Assembly (NCBI GenBank): GCA_033853925.1
Contig: JAWOLC010000052.1
Span: 20 to 64,019 of the forward strand
Source: Candidatus Eiseniibacteriota bacterium
GTDB lineage: Bacteria > Eisenbacteria > RBG-16-71-46
Reading direction: 5' to 3'
Length of the DNA: 64,000 bases
Shown here: one piece after another, positions 48,413 through 57,661 of the stretch
How the letters are laid out: every line of letters starts with the position of its first letter
Position numbering within the stretch: the first letter of the stretch is position 1
Notes under the pieces: model-generated
Databases searched by the model: none
What the model saw: the letters and a program-made list of their open reading frames with translations, nothing else
What the model was told of the DNA's origin: nothing
Translations under genes and position numbers: made by a program

Positions 48413-50328
48413 GACGGCTCGCTCGGCCGCAGCGAGGCCAGCGGCGCCCCCAGCTCTTCTCGCGGCCGGTCCAGGTAGGTCCGGGCCCACAGCTCGAGGC
48501 AGACCAGCACCCAGGTCTGACGCGTGCGGCGCTCGTCCCTGGAGCCGCTGTCGCCGAGCTGCCGCTCGATCGCGGCCGTGTCCAGCCAGCCCCGGCGCCG
48601 GGTGACGGGATCCAGGAGCACCTCCCGCGCCAGCCGCGAGAAGCCGCCCCCGAACCAGTGCACGAGCGGCACGCCGAAGCCCTGCTTGCCGCGGGCCACG
48701 ATCTCCGGGGGCAGCAGCGGGCGGGCACACTCGCGCAGGATCCACTTGCCCACGTTCCCCCGCAGCTTAAGGTGGAAGGGAATGCGCGCCGCGAACTCCT
48801 GCAGCGGATGGTCGAGGAGCGGCTCGCGCGATTCCAGCGAGTGGATCATCGTCGTCCGGTCCACCTTGGCCATCACGTCGTCGACCAGGTAGGTCTGAGC
48901 GTCCAGGGGCAGGAGGGCGGGAATCTCCCCGAGACCCGCCGCCGCCGCGCGGTGGATCGCTCGCGGCGTGGCCCCCGCGTCGTAGTCGGCGACGGCCGCC
49001 CGCAGCTCCGGCGTCAGCATCGCCGCCAGCTCGAGGGGCGGGAAGGTGGCCTCGACGTGCAGGTGCCGCGCGCCGACATCCATCGCCACGCGCCGGAGCT
49101 TGCGCCCCAGCGGGTGATCGGGATGCATCCAGCCGGCCGGCCGTGCCAAGCCCCGGCGCAGGGCCGCCGGGAGGAAGTCCAGAGCCGCGTAACGCCGGGC
49201 CCACGCGTAGGTGGAGTAGCCGCCGAACGTCTCGTCGCCACCATCGCCCGAGAGGCTCACGGTGACGTGCCGCCTGGCCATCTGCGCCAGGTAGTACATG
49301 GGGATCATCGAGGCGTCGGCGTGCGGCTCGTCCATCTGCCAGATCAGGGTCGGCAGGAGCTCGAGGGCGTGCGCCTTCACGACCAGCTCGTGGTGCTCCG
49401 TGCCGAGGTGCCGCGCCACCTGCCGGGCGTGCTCGACCTCGGTGAAGTCCTCCTCCTCGAAGCCGATGGTGAAGGTCTTCACCCGCTCCGGGGCCACCTG
49501 CTGCATGAGCGCGACGACCACGCTGGAATCCAGGCCGCCGGAGAGAAACGCCCCCAGGGGAACGTCGGAGTGCAGGCGCAGGCGCACGGCCTCCCGGAGC
49601 AGGCTCGTGAGGCGCTCGCGATACCAGTCCTCGGGATGGCCGGCGTCCACTTCCGTGGGGAGCTGCCAGTAGCGCTCCAGCCGCGCCCCGTTCGCGTCGC
49701 AGATCAGCCGGTGGGCTGCCGGCAGCTTGCGCACGCCGCGCCAGATCGTGCGGGGCTGCGCCACGTACTGGTACGAGAGGTAGTCGGCCACGGCACACTC
49801 GTCGATCTCCCGCGGGATCGAGGGGTCCAGCATCAGGCCCTTGAGCTCCGAGGCGAAGACGAGGCGCCGCCCGTCGTCGTGATAGTAGAGGGGCTTCACC
49901 CCGAAGCGGTCTCGCCCGAGCACCAGCCGCCGCCGCCGGCGATCGAAGAGGCCGAAGGCGAACATGCCGCGCAGGCGGCTGAACATCTCGTCGCCGTACT
50001 CCTCGTAGAGGTGGAGCAGAGCCTCGGTGTCGCTCGTCCCCCGCAGGCGGTGGCCGCGAGCCACCAACCCGGGAGCGAGGTCGGGCCAGTCGTACAGCTC
50101 GCCGCTGTAGACGACCCAGACGCTCTCGTCCTCGTTGGCCATGGGCTGGCTCCCCGTCGGGCTCAGGTCGAGGATGGCCAGCCGCCGATGGGCGAAGGCC
50201 ACGTCCCCGTCCACCCACGTTCCCGCGCCGTCCGGACCGCGGTGCCGCATGGCCCACGCCTGCCGCTCGAGCAGAACGGAGTCGGCCGCCCCACCCCCAT
50301 AGTGGAAGACTCCGCTAATCCCGCACAC
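48409..50328 (-). CDS. Asparagine synthetase B-family glutamine amidotransferase (exosortase/EPS-locus-associated type)
   Basis: ORF 48409..50328; MCGISG N-terminal nucleophile Cys; SGGLDSS PP-loop. Confidence 0.9.
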   Translation of the reverse strand: MCGISGVFHYGGGAADSVLLERQAWAMRHRGPDGAGTWVDGDVAFAHRRLAILDLSPTGSQPMANEDESVWVVYSGELYDWPDLAPGLVARGHRLRGTSDTEALLHLYEEYGDEMFSRLRGMFAFGLFDRRRRRLVLGRDRFGVKPLYYHDDGRRLVFASELKGLMLDPSIPREIDECAVADYLSYQYVAQPRTIWRGVRKLPAAHRLICDANGARLERYWQLPTEVDAGHPEDWYRERLTSLLREAVRLRLHSDVPLGAFLSGGLDSSVVVALMQQVAPERVKTFTIGFEEEDFTEVEHARQVARHLGTEHHELVVKAHALELLPTLIWQMDEPHADASMIPMYYLAQMARRHVTVSLSGDGGDETFGGYSTYAWARRYAALDFLPAALRRGLARPAGWMHPDHPLGRKLRRVAMDVGARHLHVEATFPPLELAAMLTPELRAAVADYDAGATPRAIHRAAAAGLGEIPALLPLDAQTYLVDDVMAKVDRTTMIHSLESREPLLDHPLQEFAARIPFHLKLRGNVGKWILRECARPLLPPEIVARGKQGFGVPLVHWFGGGFSRLAREVLLDPVTRRRGWLDTAAIERQLGDSGSRDERRTRQTWVLVCLELWARTYLDRPREELGAPLASLRPSEPS

Positions 50329-52894
50329 GTGCCGCCTCCGCCGCCGCCACGCTCCCTCGCGGCGCCAGGAGCCGCAGGCTGCCCACGGCCCTCCCCGCGA
50401 AGTAGTCCTGGTCGAAGAAGTAGTCCGAGAGCCTGAAGTTCGCGAAGACCGGCGAGCGGATCATGCGCACGCGCACGACGTACTCGCCGGGAGCCACGTC
50501 CCTGGGCACCGCCACCGAGAACTCGTCACGCACGACCTGGTCGGGCCGCCAGAGATCCACCCCGTAGATCCCTCCCACGGGGAGATGGTCGTCCCGGAAG
50601 CGCAGGCGCTCGTGGAGCCGCCTCTCCAGCAGCTTCCGCCAGGGCTTCCCCAGGAACGCGGGAGGACTCCAGCCCGCGGGCAGGGGGCGGTCGAAGCGCA
50701 CGGCCACGGTGTAGGAGCCCGGCGGCATCGGCCCCGGCGCGCGCCAGTCCACGGCGCAGCGAAGCGTGTCGCCGGGCCGAGCCCGCTCGGGACGGAGCGC
50801 GAAGCCCACGATGGCCGGAAGAGCCGCGGAGCGAGACTCCGGCGCCAGCGCGTCTCCCGCCGTCACCGGCCGCACGAAGGGCCGCGGCGCCGGTGGACTG
50901 GCCAGCCGGTCCAGCCCGCGCGGGCGCACGCGGTAGACGACCACGCCGCGCAGGTCCGCCAGGCGCTCGAAGGCCCCGGGGGCCGAGTCCAGGCGCGCGC
51001 GCTCGGCGGCGTACCACGAGCGAGTCGGGGTCCAGTACAGGAGCGGGGCGGCATCGCCCAGCCGGCCGTCGAGCACGATCACGCTCACGCCGTACCGCCC
51101 GATCACGTCGCGCATCCGCGCCCACGGCTCGTAGGGGTCGAGCGCGTCGCGCGTGTCCAGGATCCGCCGCAGGGCCAGCGAGTCGTTCGGCGAGCTGTGC
51201 TGGTCCACGATGGCGACGACGTATCGCCCCGTCATCATGGGCACCATGTACGACGTGGCCAGGTCCGAGAGCACGACGTCGTCGGGCGGCAGGTGGGCGT
51301 TCATCCACGCGAAGACGTCCCCCCAGCGCCGGGGATCGTACTCGCGCCTGGCCTGCTGGAGCGGCTCGGGGGCCAGGAGCACCGTGGCCGCATCGCGCGC
51401 GGGCGCGGCGAGCAGCACCACCGCGAGCGCCAGCACCACGCCCGCCGCCGCGCGCCGCGCCCACGGGCCGGTCGCGGCCACGCGCGCGGCCAGCTCGGGC
51501 AGCAGCCAGCCGAGAATGCCCGCGAGGGGCACGAGCCAGATCAGCCGCATCAGCAGGTAGCCCAGGCGAGGCTGGAGCAGGGCGACGACCGGCGGGTCGT
51601 ACATGATCAGGCCCACGGCCAGGGAGGAGGTCAGCAGGTAGAGCACGGCGGGGTTGTGCCTCCCGCGCGCCCACAGCCATGGCCAGGCGAGCGGCACCAG
51701 CACCCAGGCCTCGCCCATGTGGGTCCAGAGCGCTCCGATCGTGACCACTCGCAGGGTTCCGACCAGGGTCAGCAGCCCCTGCGGCTCCGTATGGATGATG
51801 TTCGTGGGCGCGTACGCCTGTCCGGCGCGCATGACGACGTAGGGCAGGCATGCCGCGGCCATCAGCAGGACCGTGGGAACGAGCCGGCGCAGGTCGGGGC
51901 CGACCCGCCGGTCCCGCAGCAGGAGGCCGAGCGCGAGCGCCGAGAACACCACCGCGAAGTGAACGGCCGCGAACACGTGCGTCGCCACGGCCGCGAAGCC
52001 GAGGATCGCCGCCGAGACGCGCGTCCCGCGGGCGCGCATCCGGAGGTCTGCCAGGACCGCGACCACGGCCGCCAGCGCGAGCTGATCGCCGAAGTGGGAG
52101 GCGAAGGCCATCTGGCGCAGCTCCTCGGACCACAGGCCTCCGCCGAAGGTGAGGAGGAGCGCCCACGCGGCCAGTCCGGCGCCGATCGGCCCGCGGCAGA
52201 GGTACCCCAGCCCGGCCACGGTGAGCACGAAGAAGGGCACGATGAAGCTCCCGAGCCAACGCCAGGACTCGAGCGGGTCCACGGCCGCGAGCCGCGTGAT
52301 CAGCGCGATGACGACGTGCCAGACTCCCTTGCGCGGGTCGGCGCCCATGCGGCCCGCGTCACGGAAGAACGCGTCGGTGGGAAACGCCTGGCCGGTGAGC
52401 AGCATGCGCCGCAGCGTGCCCACGTGGTCGGGCGTGTCGGTGCCGTATCCCGTCGGCGGGCCGATGCTCCCCGCGGTCCAGGCCGCCACGCCCGCCGCCA
52501 GCAGCACGGCCAGCACGGCCCAGCGAGGCAGCGTGGGCGCCCCGTCCGGCCAGGGGACGCGCCCGCGCCAGACCACGACGCCCCAGAGCGCGGCGTTGGC
52601 CGGGAGCATCCAGAGCGTCAGGGGCAGGAAGCTCGGGACGAGCGTGTGCGCCAGCAAGGCCAGCGCCGAGGCCCAGGCCACCCCGAAGCCGAGCGCCCAG
52701 CCGGCGGCCAGCCAGGATCCTCCCGGCGGCCGGGCTCCCAGGGCGACGAAGGCCCAGCCGGGAACCAGGACGAGCACGCCGAAGGCCAGCGCCACCCGCA
52801 CGGGACCCGGCAGGGCGGCTCCCGCCCCCGCCAGCAGAGCGGCGTGGAACGCCAGGCTGGCGAGGCCAAGAGCCAGCGCTCGCGCTCGGGTCAT
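50315..52894 (-). CDS. Large polytopic membrane protein with C-terminal periplasmic domain (paralog C, distant from A/B)
   Basis: 860 aa from MTRARALALGLASLAF of ORF 50315..53053; DTPDHVGTLRRMLLTGQAFPTD aligns with the D-x-W-x-H-x-G...G-x-P-x-D motif of A/B; ATGA overlap with the upstream stop. Confidence 0.7.
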   Translation of the reverse strand: MTRARALALGLASLAFHAALLAGAGAALPGPVRVALAFGVLVLVPGWAFVALGARPPGGSWLAAGWALGFGVAWASALALLAHTLVPSFLPLTLWMLPANAALWGVVVWRGRVPWPDGAPTLPRWAVLAVLLAAGVAAWTAGSIGPPTGYGTDTPDHVGTLRRMLLTGQAFPTDAFFRDAGRMGADPRKGVWHVVIALITRLAAVDPLESWRWLGSFIVPFFVLTVAGLGYLCRGPIGAGLAAWALLLTFGGGLWSEELRQMAFASHFGDQLALAAVVAVLADLRMRARGTRVSAAILGFAAVATHVFAAVHFAVVFSALALGLLLRDRRVGPDLRRLVPTVLLMAAACLPYVVMRAGQAYAPTNIIHTEPQGLLTLVGTLRVVTIGALWTHMGEAWVLVPLAWPWLWARGRHNPAVLYLLTSSLAVGLIMYDPPVVALLQPRLGYLLMRLIWLVPLAGILGWLLPELAARVAATGPWARRAAAGVVLALAVVLLAAPARDAATVLLAPEPLQQARREYDPRRWGDVFAWMNAHLPPDDVVLSDLATSYMVPMMTGRYVVAIVDQHSSPNDSLALRRILDTRDALDPYEPWARMRDVIGRYGVSVIVLDGRLGDAAPLLYWTPTRSWYAAERARLDSAPGAFERLADLRGVVVYRVRPRGLDRLASPPAPRPFVRPVTAGDALAPESRSAALPAIVGFALRPERARPGDTLRCAVDWRAPGPMPPGSYTVAVRFDRPLPAGWSPPAFLGKPWRKLLERRLHERLRFRDDHLPVGGIYGVDLWRPDQVVRDEFSVAVPRDVAPGEYVVRVRMIRSPVFANFRLSDYFFDQDYFAGRAVGSLRLLAPRGSVAAAEAARVRD

Positions 52895-53622
52895 GCGCGG
52901 ATCTCCGGCGGCCGCGGCCGCACGGGAGCCGGAGGCTCGTCCGCCCCGCGGGGTCGAGCCTGGGCCAGCCACTGGAAGGCCATGAGGTCGGGAAGTGAGG
53001 CGCAGGCCAGCCGGTTCAGGGCCCGATCCATGGCCCCCAGGCGCAGCCGGCACAGGACGCGGTCGAGCCGGCAGGGCTGCAGGCTGAAGGTCAGCTCCAA
53101 GATGCGAAAGCCGCCACCCTCCAGCAGGGCCGAGAAGCTCCGCCGGGTGAAGAAGCGCAGGTGGGTCCGATCCAGGATGCCGTATTCCTCGTAGTCGAAG
53201 CGGCCGCGCAGCAGCGCCCGGCGAATCGTGTGATGCGCCACGTTGGGGATCGACACCAGCAGCCGTCCCTCCGGCGCCAAAGCCGCGCGACAGCGCGCCA
53301 GGACGGCTTCGGGCTCGCGCAGGTGCTCGAGCACGTCGGCGAGGATCGCCACGTCGAAGGGGGGCACGACGTCCGTCCAGAGCCGCTCGTCCTCCACGTC
53401 TCCCACGAGCACGGCTTCACAGAACGGCGCCGCGTGCGCGGCGGCGGTGGGGCTCCGCTCGACGCCCGTGACCCGGCAGGCTCGCCTCTCCCGCAGCACC
53501 CGGCTCATGTAGCCCGTGGCGCAGCCGATCTCGAGCACCCGCGTGCCCGCGGGCGTCCAGTCGACGAGCACGCGCTTGTTCGCCTCCAGCTCGTCGCGCC
53601 AGGGGTAGACCTTGTCTCTCAT
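52891..53622 (-). CDS. Class I SAM-dependent methyltransferase
   Basis: 243 aa from MRDKVYPW (AGGGAGG SD) of ORF 52891..53676; VLEIGCATGYM motif. Confidence 0.75.
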   Translation of the reverse strand: MRDKVYPWRDELEANKRVLVDWTPAGTRVLEIGCATGYMSRVLRERRACRVTGVERSPTAAAHAAPFCEAVLVGDVEDERLWTDVVPPFDVAILADVLEHLREPEAVLARCRAALAPEGRLLVSIPNVAHHTIRRALLRGRFDYEEYGILDRTHLRFFTRRSFSALLEGGGFRILELTFSLQPCRLDRVLCRLRLGAMDRALNRLACASLPDLMAFQWLAQARPRGADEPPAPVRPRPPEIRA

Positions 53623-54599
53623 GACGCCGCCGCCTCCCTGCCGCGCGCCTCGGGAGACACGAGCATCCGCAGGCATCTGCGCATCAGGCGAAGGACGTGC
53701 GCGGTCCGGGCCCGGCGGGGCGGGGCGAAGGGCGCCAGCAGCGCGTTGCGGAGGAGCGACAGCCCGAGGCTCGCCAGGAGCGCCAGCTTCAGCAGCGCAC
53801 CCGCCGGCCCCGTGAACGTCAGGTCCCAGAACACGCCGATCGAGCGCAGGCTGAGCAGGGAATTCGTCTCGACGTCCAGCTCACGGCTCGTGCCCCCCAG
53901 ATGCACCACCTCGGCCGCCGGCTCGTAGCGCAACGTGAGGCCATGACGCCGTGCGCGAAGGCTCCACTCCACGTCATCGTAGTTGAGCACCAGCCGCTCG
54001 TCGAGCAGCCCGACCCGGGCCAACGCCTCGCGGCGGAAGAGGATGCAGGCTCCCGACAGCACGTCCGGCACGCCCGGCTGCTCGTACCACCGCCGCGGGT
54101 AGGTGCCGCGCACGAAGGGGAGCAGGGCCGGCACCAGGGCGGGGAGCTGGGTGTGGCCGAGGAGCGAGGGCAGGAAGCGCGGCGCCCGGCGAGCGCAGAC
54201 CCACTGCGTGGAGCCGTCCGCGTGGAGGAGACGGGGGCCCACCGCTGCGGCCGACGGCTCGCCCTCCAGCCGGCGGACGAGCGCCCCGAGCGCGTCGCCG
54301 CGGAGCAGCGCGTCCGAGTTGAGCGCCAGCACGTAATGCCCGCGGGCCTCGCGGAGACCCTGGTTGCACGCGGGCGCGTAGCCGCGGTTCTCGCCGTTCA
54401 CGACGAGGCGCGCCGCGGGCCAGCGCTCCGCCACGCGCCGCGCCGAGCCATCGCTCGACGCGTTGTCGATCACGAGCAGCTCGCGCGCTATCTCCGGCGA
54501 GCTGGCGAGCGCGTCCTCCAGGCAGCGCACCAGCAGGTCGCGCGTGTTGAAGCTCACGACCACGATGCTGACGAGGGGCGCGCCGCTGGCCTCAGGCAT
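53619..54599 (-). CDS. Glycosyltransferase family 2
   Basis: ORF 53619..54599; VSIVVVSFNTRD, DNASSDGS and DxD region. Confidence 0.8.
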   Translation of the reverse strand: MPEASGAPLVSIVVVSFNTRDLLVRCLEDALASSPEIARELLVIDNASSDGSARRVAERWPAARLVVNGENRGYAPACNQGLREARGHYVLALNSDALLRGDALGALVRRLEGEPSAAAVGPRLLHADGSTQWVCARRAPRFLPSLLGHTQLPALVPALLPFVRGTYPRRWYEQPGVPDVLSGACILFRREALARVGLLDERLVLNYDDVEWSLRARRHGLTLRYEPAAEVVHLGGTSRELDVETNSLLSLRSIGVFWDLTFTGPAGALLKLALLASLGLSLLRNALLAPFAPPRRARTAHVLRLMRRCLRMLVSPEARGREAAAS

Positions 54600-56064
54600 C
54601 CGAGCCGCCTCCGGCGGGCTGCAGCCGCGCCAGCAGGACCTCGCGAATCCGCTCGATCTCGCGGCGGGTGATGGAGGTCAGCGCCCAGGCGAGGGCGATC
54701 GCGATGCCCACGAGGCGCAGGCGCAGATCGGGGAACGGCAGGGAGGCGACGGCCACGACCGCCACCGTGCTCGAGAGCAGCAGCCGCGTGTTCTCCGCCG
54801 TGAAGCGGAAGCCGTTCACCCGGCGCAGGTAGACCACCATCATGACGAAGGCCACCGCCCACGAGACCGTGTGCCCCCAGATGGCTCCCTGCAGGCGGGC
54901 CGCCGCCGGCACGCCGAAGAAGATCCCCGCGAACACCCCGTACTGGACGAGCGACATCACGTTGCGCGCGCGGAAGCGCTCCTGGGGAAGCATGGGGAGC
55001 TGGACCGCGAAGACCACGGCCTTGACGAGGTCGCCGACCATCTGCACGGGAAACAGCGCCGCCGCGTCCAGGAATCGGCTCGAGTACAGCACCCGGATCA
55101 TCACGTCCCGCGACAGGAGGAGCGCGAGGATGCCGGCCGTGGAGAAGAGGAGCGCCACGCGCGTAGCGTTGTTGACCTCCTGATTGATGGCCCCGAGCTC
55201 GCGGAGCTGGCTGATGCGGGGGAACGAGTACGCGGTCATCGCGTTCAGGGGAATGGCCAGGTACTGGGTGGAGACGGCGAAGAGCACCTGGTAGATCCCG
55301 TTCCGGGTCAGGCCCAGGTCGTGGACGATCTGGGCGCGCAGCACGAAGGGGAACATCAGGGTGAGGACGAACGGCGGCAGGTTCGCGTAGCCGAAGCGGA
55401 AGAGGCTGGTGATGGCCGGGCGGTCGAAGGGGGCTTCGTCCACGGCCCGCCTCATCTCGTGCCCCATCGCTCGGTCGGCGGTCCAGCGGGCGACGGCCCA
55501 GGCCAGGATGGCGAAGACGAAGAGGTGGATCGTGGCTCCCTTGAGCCCCCAGGCGAGCACCAGCGGAGCCAGAACGGCGAGCCCCAGCACCGAGGTCAGC
55601 ACCAGAGCCCGCGAGTAGGCGCGCATGTCGAGCCCGGCCTGCACGTAGGTCAGCCAGGTCTGGCTCTGCACCAGGAAGGGAATGCCCAGGATGGGCGGGA
55701 TGAGCAGGACCAGGTAGGCCGGCGAGTTCGTGGCCCACAGGGTGATCGGTCGGATGAAGAGCAGGCAGAGCGCCGTCGCCCCCACGGACAGCCACAGGAA
55801 GGTGCGTGCCGAGGTGGCCACGAAGCGGGCCTGCCGGTTCGGATCCCCGGTGCGATAGAGGGCGAAGTAGCGCAGCGCCCCGGTCTGCAGCCCGAGGGGC
55901 ACGATCCCGGCGGCCACGGTCTGCAAGCCGAAGAGCTGCGCGAACAGACCGATGCCCGTGGGCCCGAGGGTCACCGCCAGCAGCTTGTTGCGGAGAACCG
56001 ACACCCCCGTGTTCGCGACGGAGGAGAGGCCGATCAGGAAGACCGAGCGAACGAGCGCCCTCAT
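54592..56064 (-). CDS. Wzx-type flippase (polysaccharide biosynthesis protein, MOP superfamily)
   Basis: 490 aa from MRALVRSVFLIGLSSVANTG (GGGAGA SD) of ORF 54592..56241; about 12 transmembrane helices. Confidence 0.8.
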   Translation of the reverse strand: MRALVRSVFLIGLSSVANTGVSVLRNKLLAVTLGPTGIGLFAQLFGLQTVAAGIVPLGLQTGALRYFALYRTGDPNRQARFVATSARTFLWLSVGATALCLLFIRPITLWATNSPAYLVLLIPPILGIPFLVQSQTWLTYVQAGLDMRAYSRALVLTSVLGLAVLAPLVLAWGLKGATIHLFVFAILAWAVARWTADRAMGHEMRRAVDEAPFDRPAITSLFRFGYANLPPFVLTLMFPFVLRAQIVHDLGLTRNGIYQVLFAVSTQYLAIPLNAMTAYSFPRISQLRELGAINQEVNNATRVALLFSTAGILALLLSRDVMIRVLYSSRFLDAAALFPVQMVGDLVKAVVFAVQLPMLPQERFRARNVMSLVQYGVFAGIFFGVPAAARLQGAIWGHTVSWAVAFVMMVVYLRRVNGFRFTAENTRLLLSSTVAVVAVASLPFPDLRLRLVGIAIALAWALTSITRREIERIREVLLARLQPAGGGSDA

Positions 56065-57533
56065 GCCGTCTCCCGGGGCGCCGTCCACAGCGTGGCGACC
56101 TTGTCCAGGCCGGCGCCGCGGCCCAGCCAGGCCAGCACGGGGAGCGCCAGCAGGATCACTGCGGCCGACCGGACCAGAGCCGCCAGCACCGGCCGCGGCG
56201 GCCCCAGCTCGCAGGCCACGAACGCCGCCGCGCCGAGCCACAGCGTGGGCAGGAAGCTCGAGGCGGCGAAGGACAGGCGCGCGCGCGGCGCCGCATGGAG
56301 GTCACGCGCCGCGAGCGCCACGATGACCACCGCGAACAGTCCGTAGCCCGCGCAGGCCGCGGCGGCGACCGGGAAGGGCCGGGGCGCGCGCGCGGCCACG
56401 CCGAACACGACGGCGGCGGCGAGGGCGGCGCACAGGACGCCGGCCGCGAGCAGGGCGCGGGCGTGTCCCCGCCCCAGCAGCCAGTAGCCCGGCAGCGTGG
56501 CCGCCGAGAGCAGCAGGGCGGCCATCGCCAGCAGCCGGACGGACCTCGCGGCCGTCACGAACTGCGGCAGGAACAGCTCCAGCACGGGCGTCACCCAGAT
56601 CATGGACACCGCCACGGCCACGGGCAGCAGCAGGGACAGGGTCCGTTGCGCGCGCGTCACCTCGTGCCGGGTCCGCTCCAGATCGCGAGCCCCGTCCGCG
56701 GCCGCCACGATGCGGGGATAGAGGACCGCCGCCGCGGCCTCGGGCAGGTAGAACACGAGCCCCGCCGCCATGAGGCCCACGCTGTAGGCACCCAGGTCTT
56801 CCGGATGGCCGAAGCGGATGAGGGCGAGCCGATCCACGGAGCGGAGGACGAGCGACACCCCGTAGAAGGCGAACACCACGAATCCCCCGCGCACCAGCGC
56901 CCGCGAGCGGGCCAGCGCGCCGAGCCGGAAGGGCACGTCGGGGGCCGCGCGGCGCACCCAGACCAGGGCCACGGCCGTGCCCGCGAGCCAGCCCCACAAG
57001 AGCCCCGGGATCCCGAAGCGGTGCACGAGCGCGATCCCCAGCGCCCCTCCCACCAGGACCTGGGCGGCGGTCGAGCCGCTGACCGCATCGAATCGGCCGC
57101 GCGCGCGCAGGACCGAGCCGACGTACTGCAGCACGAGCTGGAGGAGCCCGGCTGCGAGCATGAGGAGCGGCGCCTGCCAGCCGAGCCCGCGCAGGATCCG
57201 GGGGTGCCCGTTCGCCAGCATGACGATCACGGCGAGCGCGAAGAGGGCCCCACCCCCCACCACCATGTTCCAGGTCCCCGCCAGGAGCCGCCGCGATTCC
57301 TGGGCCTCACCTCGCGCGCTGGTCGCGGGCAGGCGGAGATCCAGCCCCTGCAGGGCCCCGCAGGGAGCGTACGCGCTGTAGTCCAGGATCAGGTTCAGCG
57401 CGTTCCAGCTCCCGAAGCCCGCGGGTCCGAGCGTGGCCGCCGCCACCACACCCCGAGCGAGCAGCATCGCCCGCGAGACGTACTGGCTCGCGGCCAGCCC
57501 CAGCATGTCGCGGACGAAACGGCGCCCCGTCAC
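56061..57533 (-). CDS. MOP-superfamily polysaccharide flippase (Wzx-like), second copy
   Basis: ORF 56061..57533; about 12-14 transmembrane helices; ATGA overlap with the downstream gene. Confidence 0.7.
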   Translation of the reverse strand: MTGRRFVRDMLGLAASQYVSRAMLLARGVVAAATLGPAGFGSWNALNLILDYSAYAPCGALQGLDLRLPATSARGEAQESRRLLAGTWNMVVGGGALFALAVIVMLANGHPRILRGLGWQAPLLMLAAGLLQLVLQYVGSVLRARGRFDAVSGSTAAQVLVGGALGIALVHRFGIPGLLWGWLAGTAVALVWVRRAAPDVPFRLGALARSRALVRGGFVVFAFYGVSLVLRSVDRLALIRFGHPEDLGAYSVGLMAAGLVFYLPEAAAAVLYPRIVAAADGARDLERTRHEVTRAQRTLSLLLPVAVAVSMIWVTPVLELFLPQFVTAARSVRLLAMAALLLSAATLPGYWLLGRGHARALLAAGVLCAALAAAVVFGVAARAPRPFPVAAAACAGYGLFAVVIVALAARDLHAAPRARLSFAASSFLPTLWLGAAAFVACELGPPRPVLAALVRSAAVILLALPVLAWLGRGAGLDKVATLWTAPRETA

Positions 57534-57661
57534 GGCCCGGCCGCCCGCGGCCGCTGGAGCCCGAGGCGCACGTGTCCTAGAATCCGACGACCGATGCGCC
57601 CTCTCGTCTCGAACGCGGCCTGCCGGTCCTGCCGGGCTTCCGGACGCCGCCCACCGCGCCC

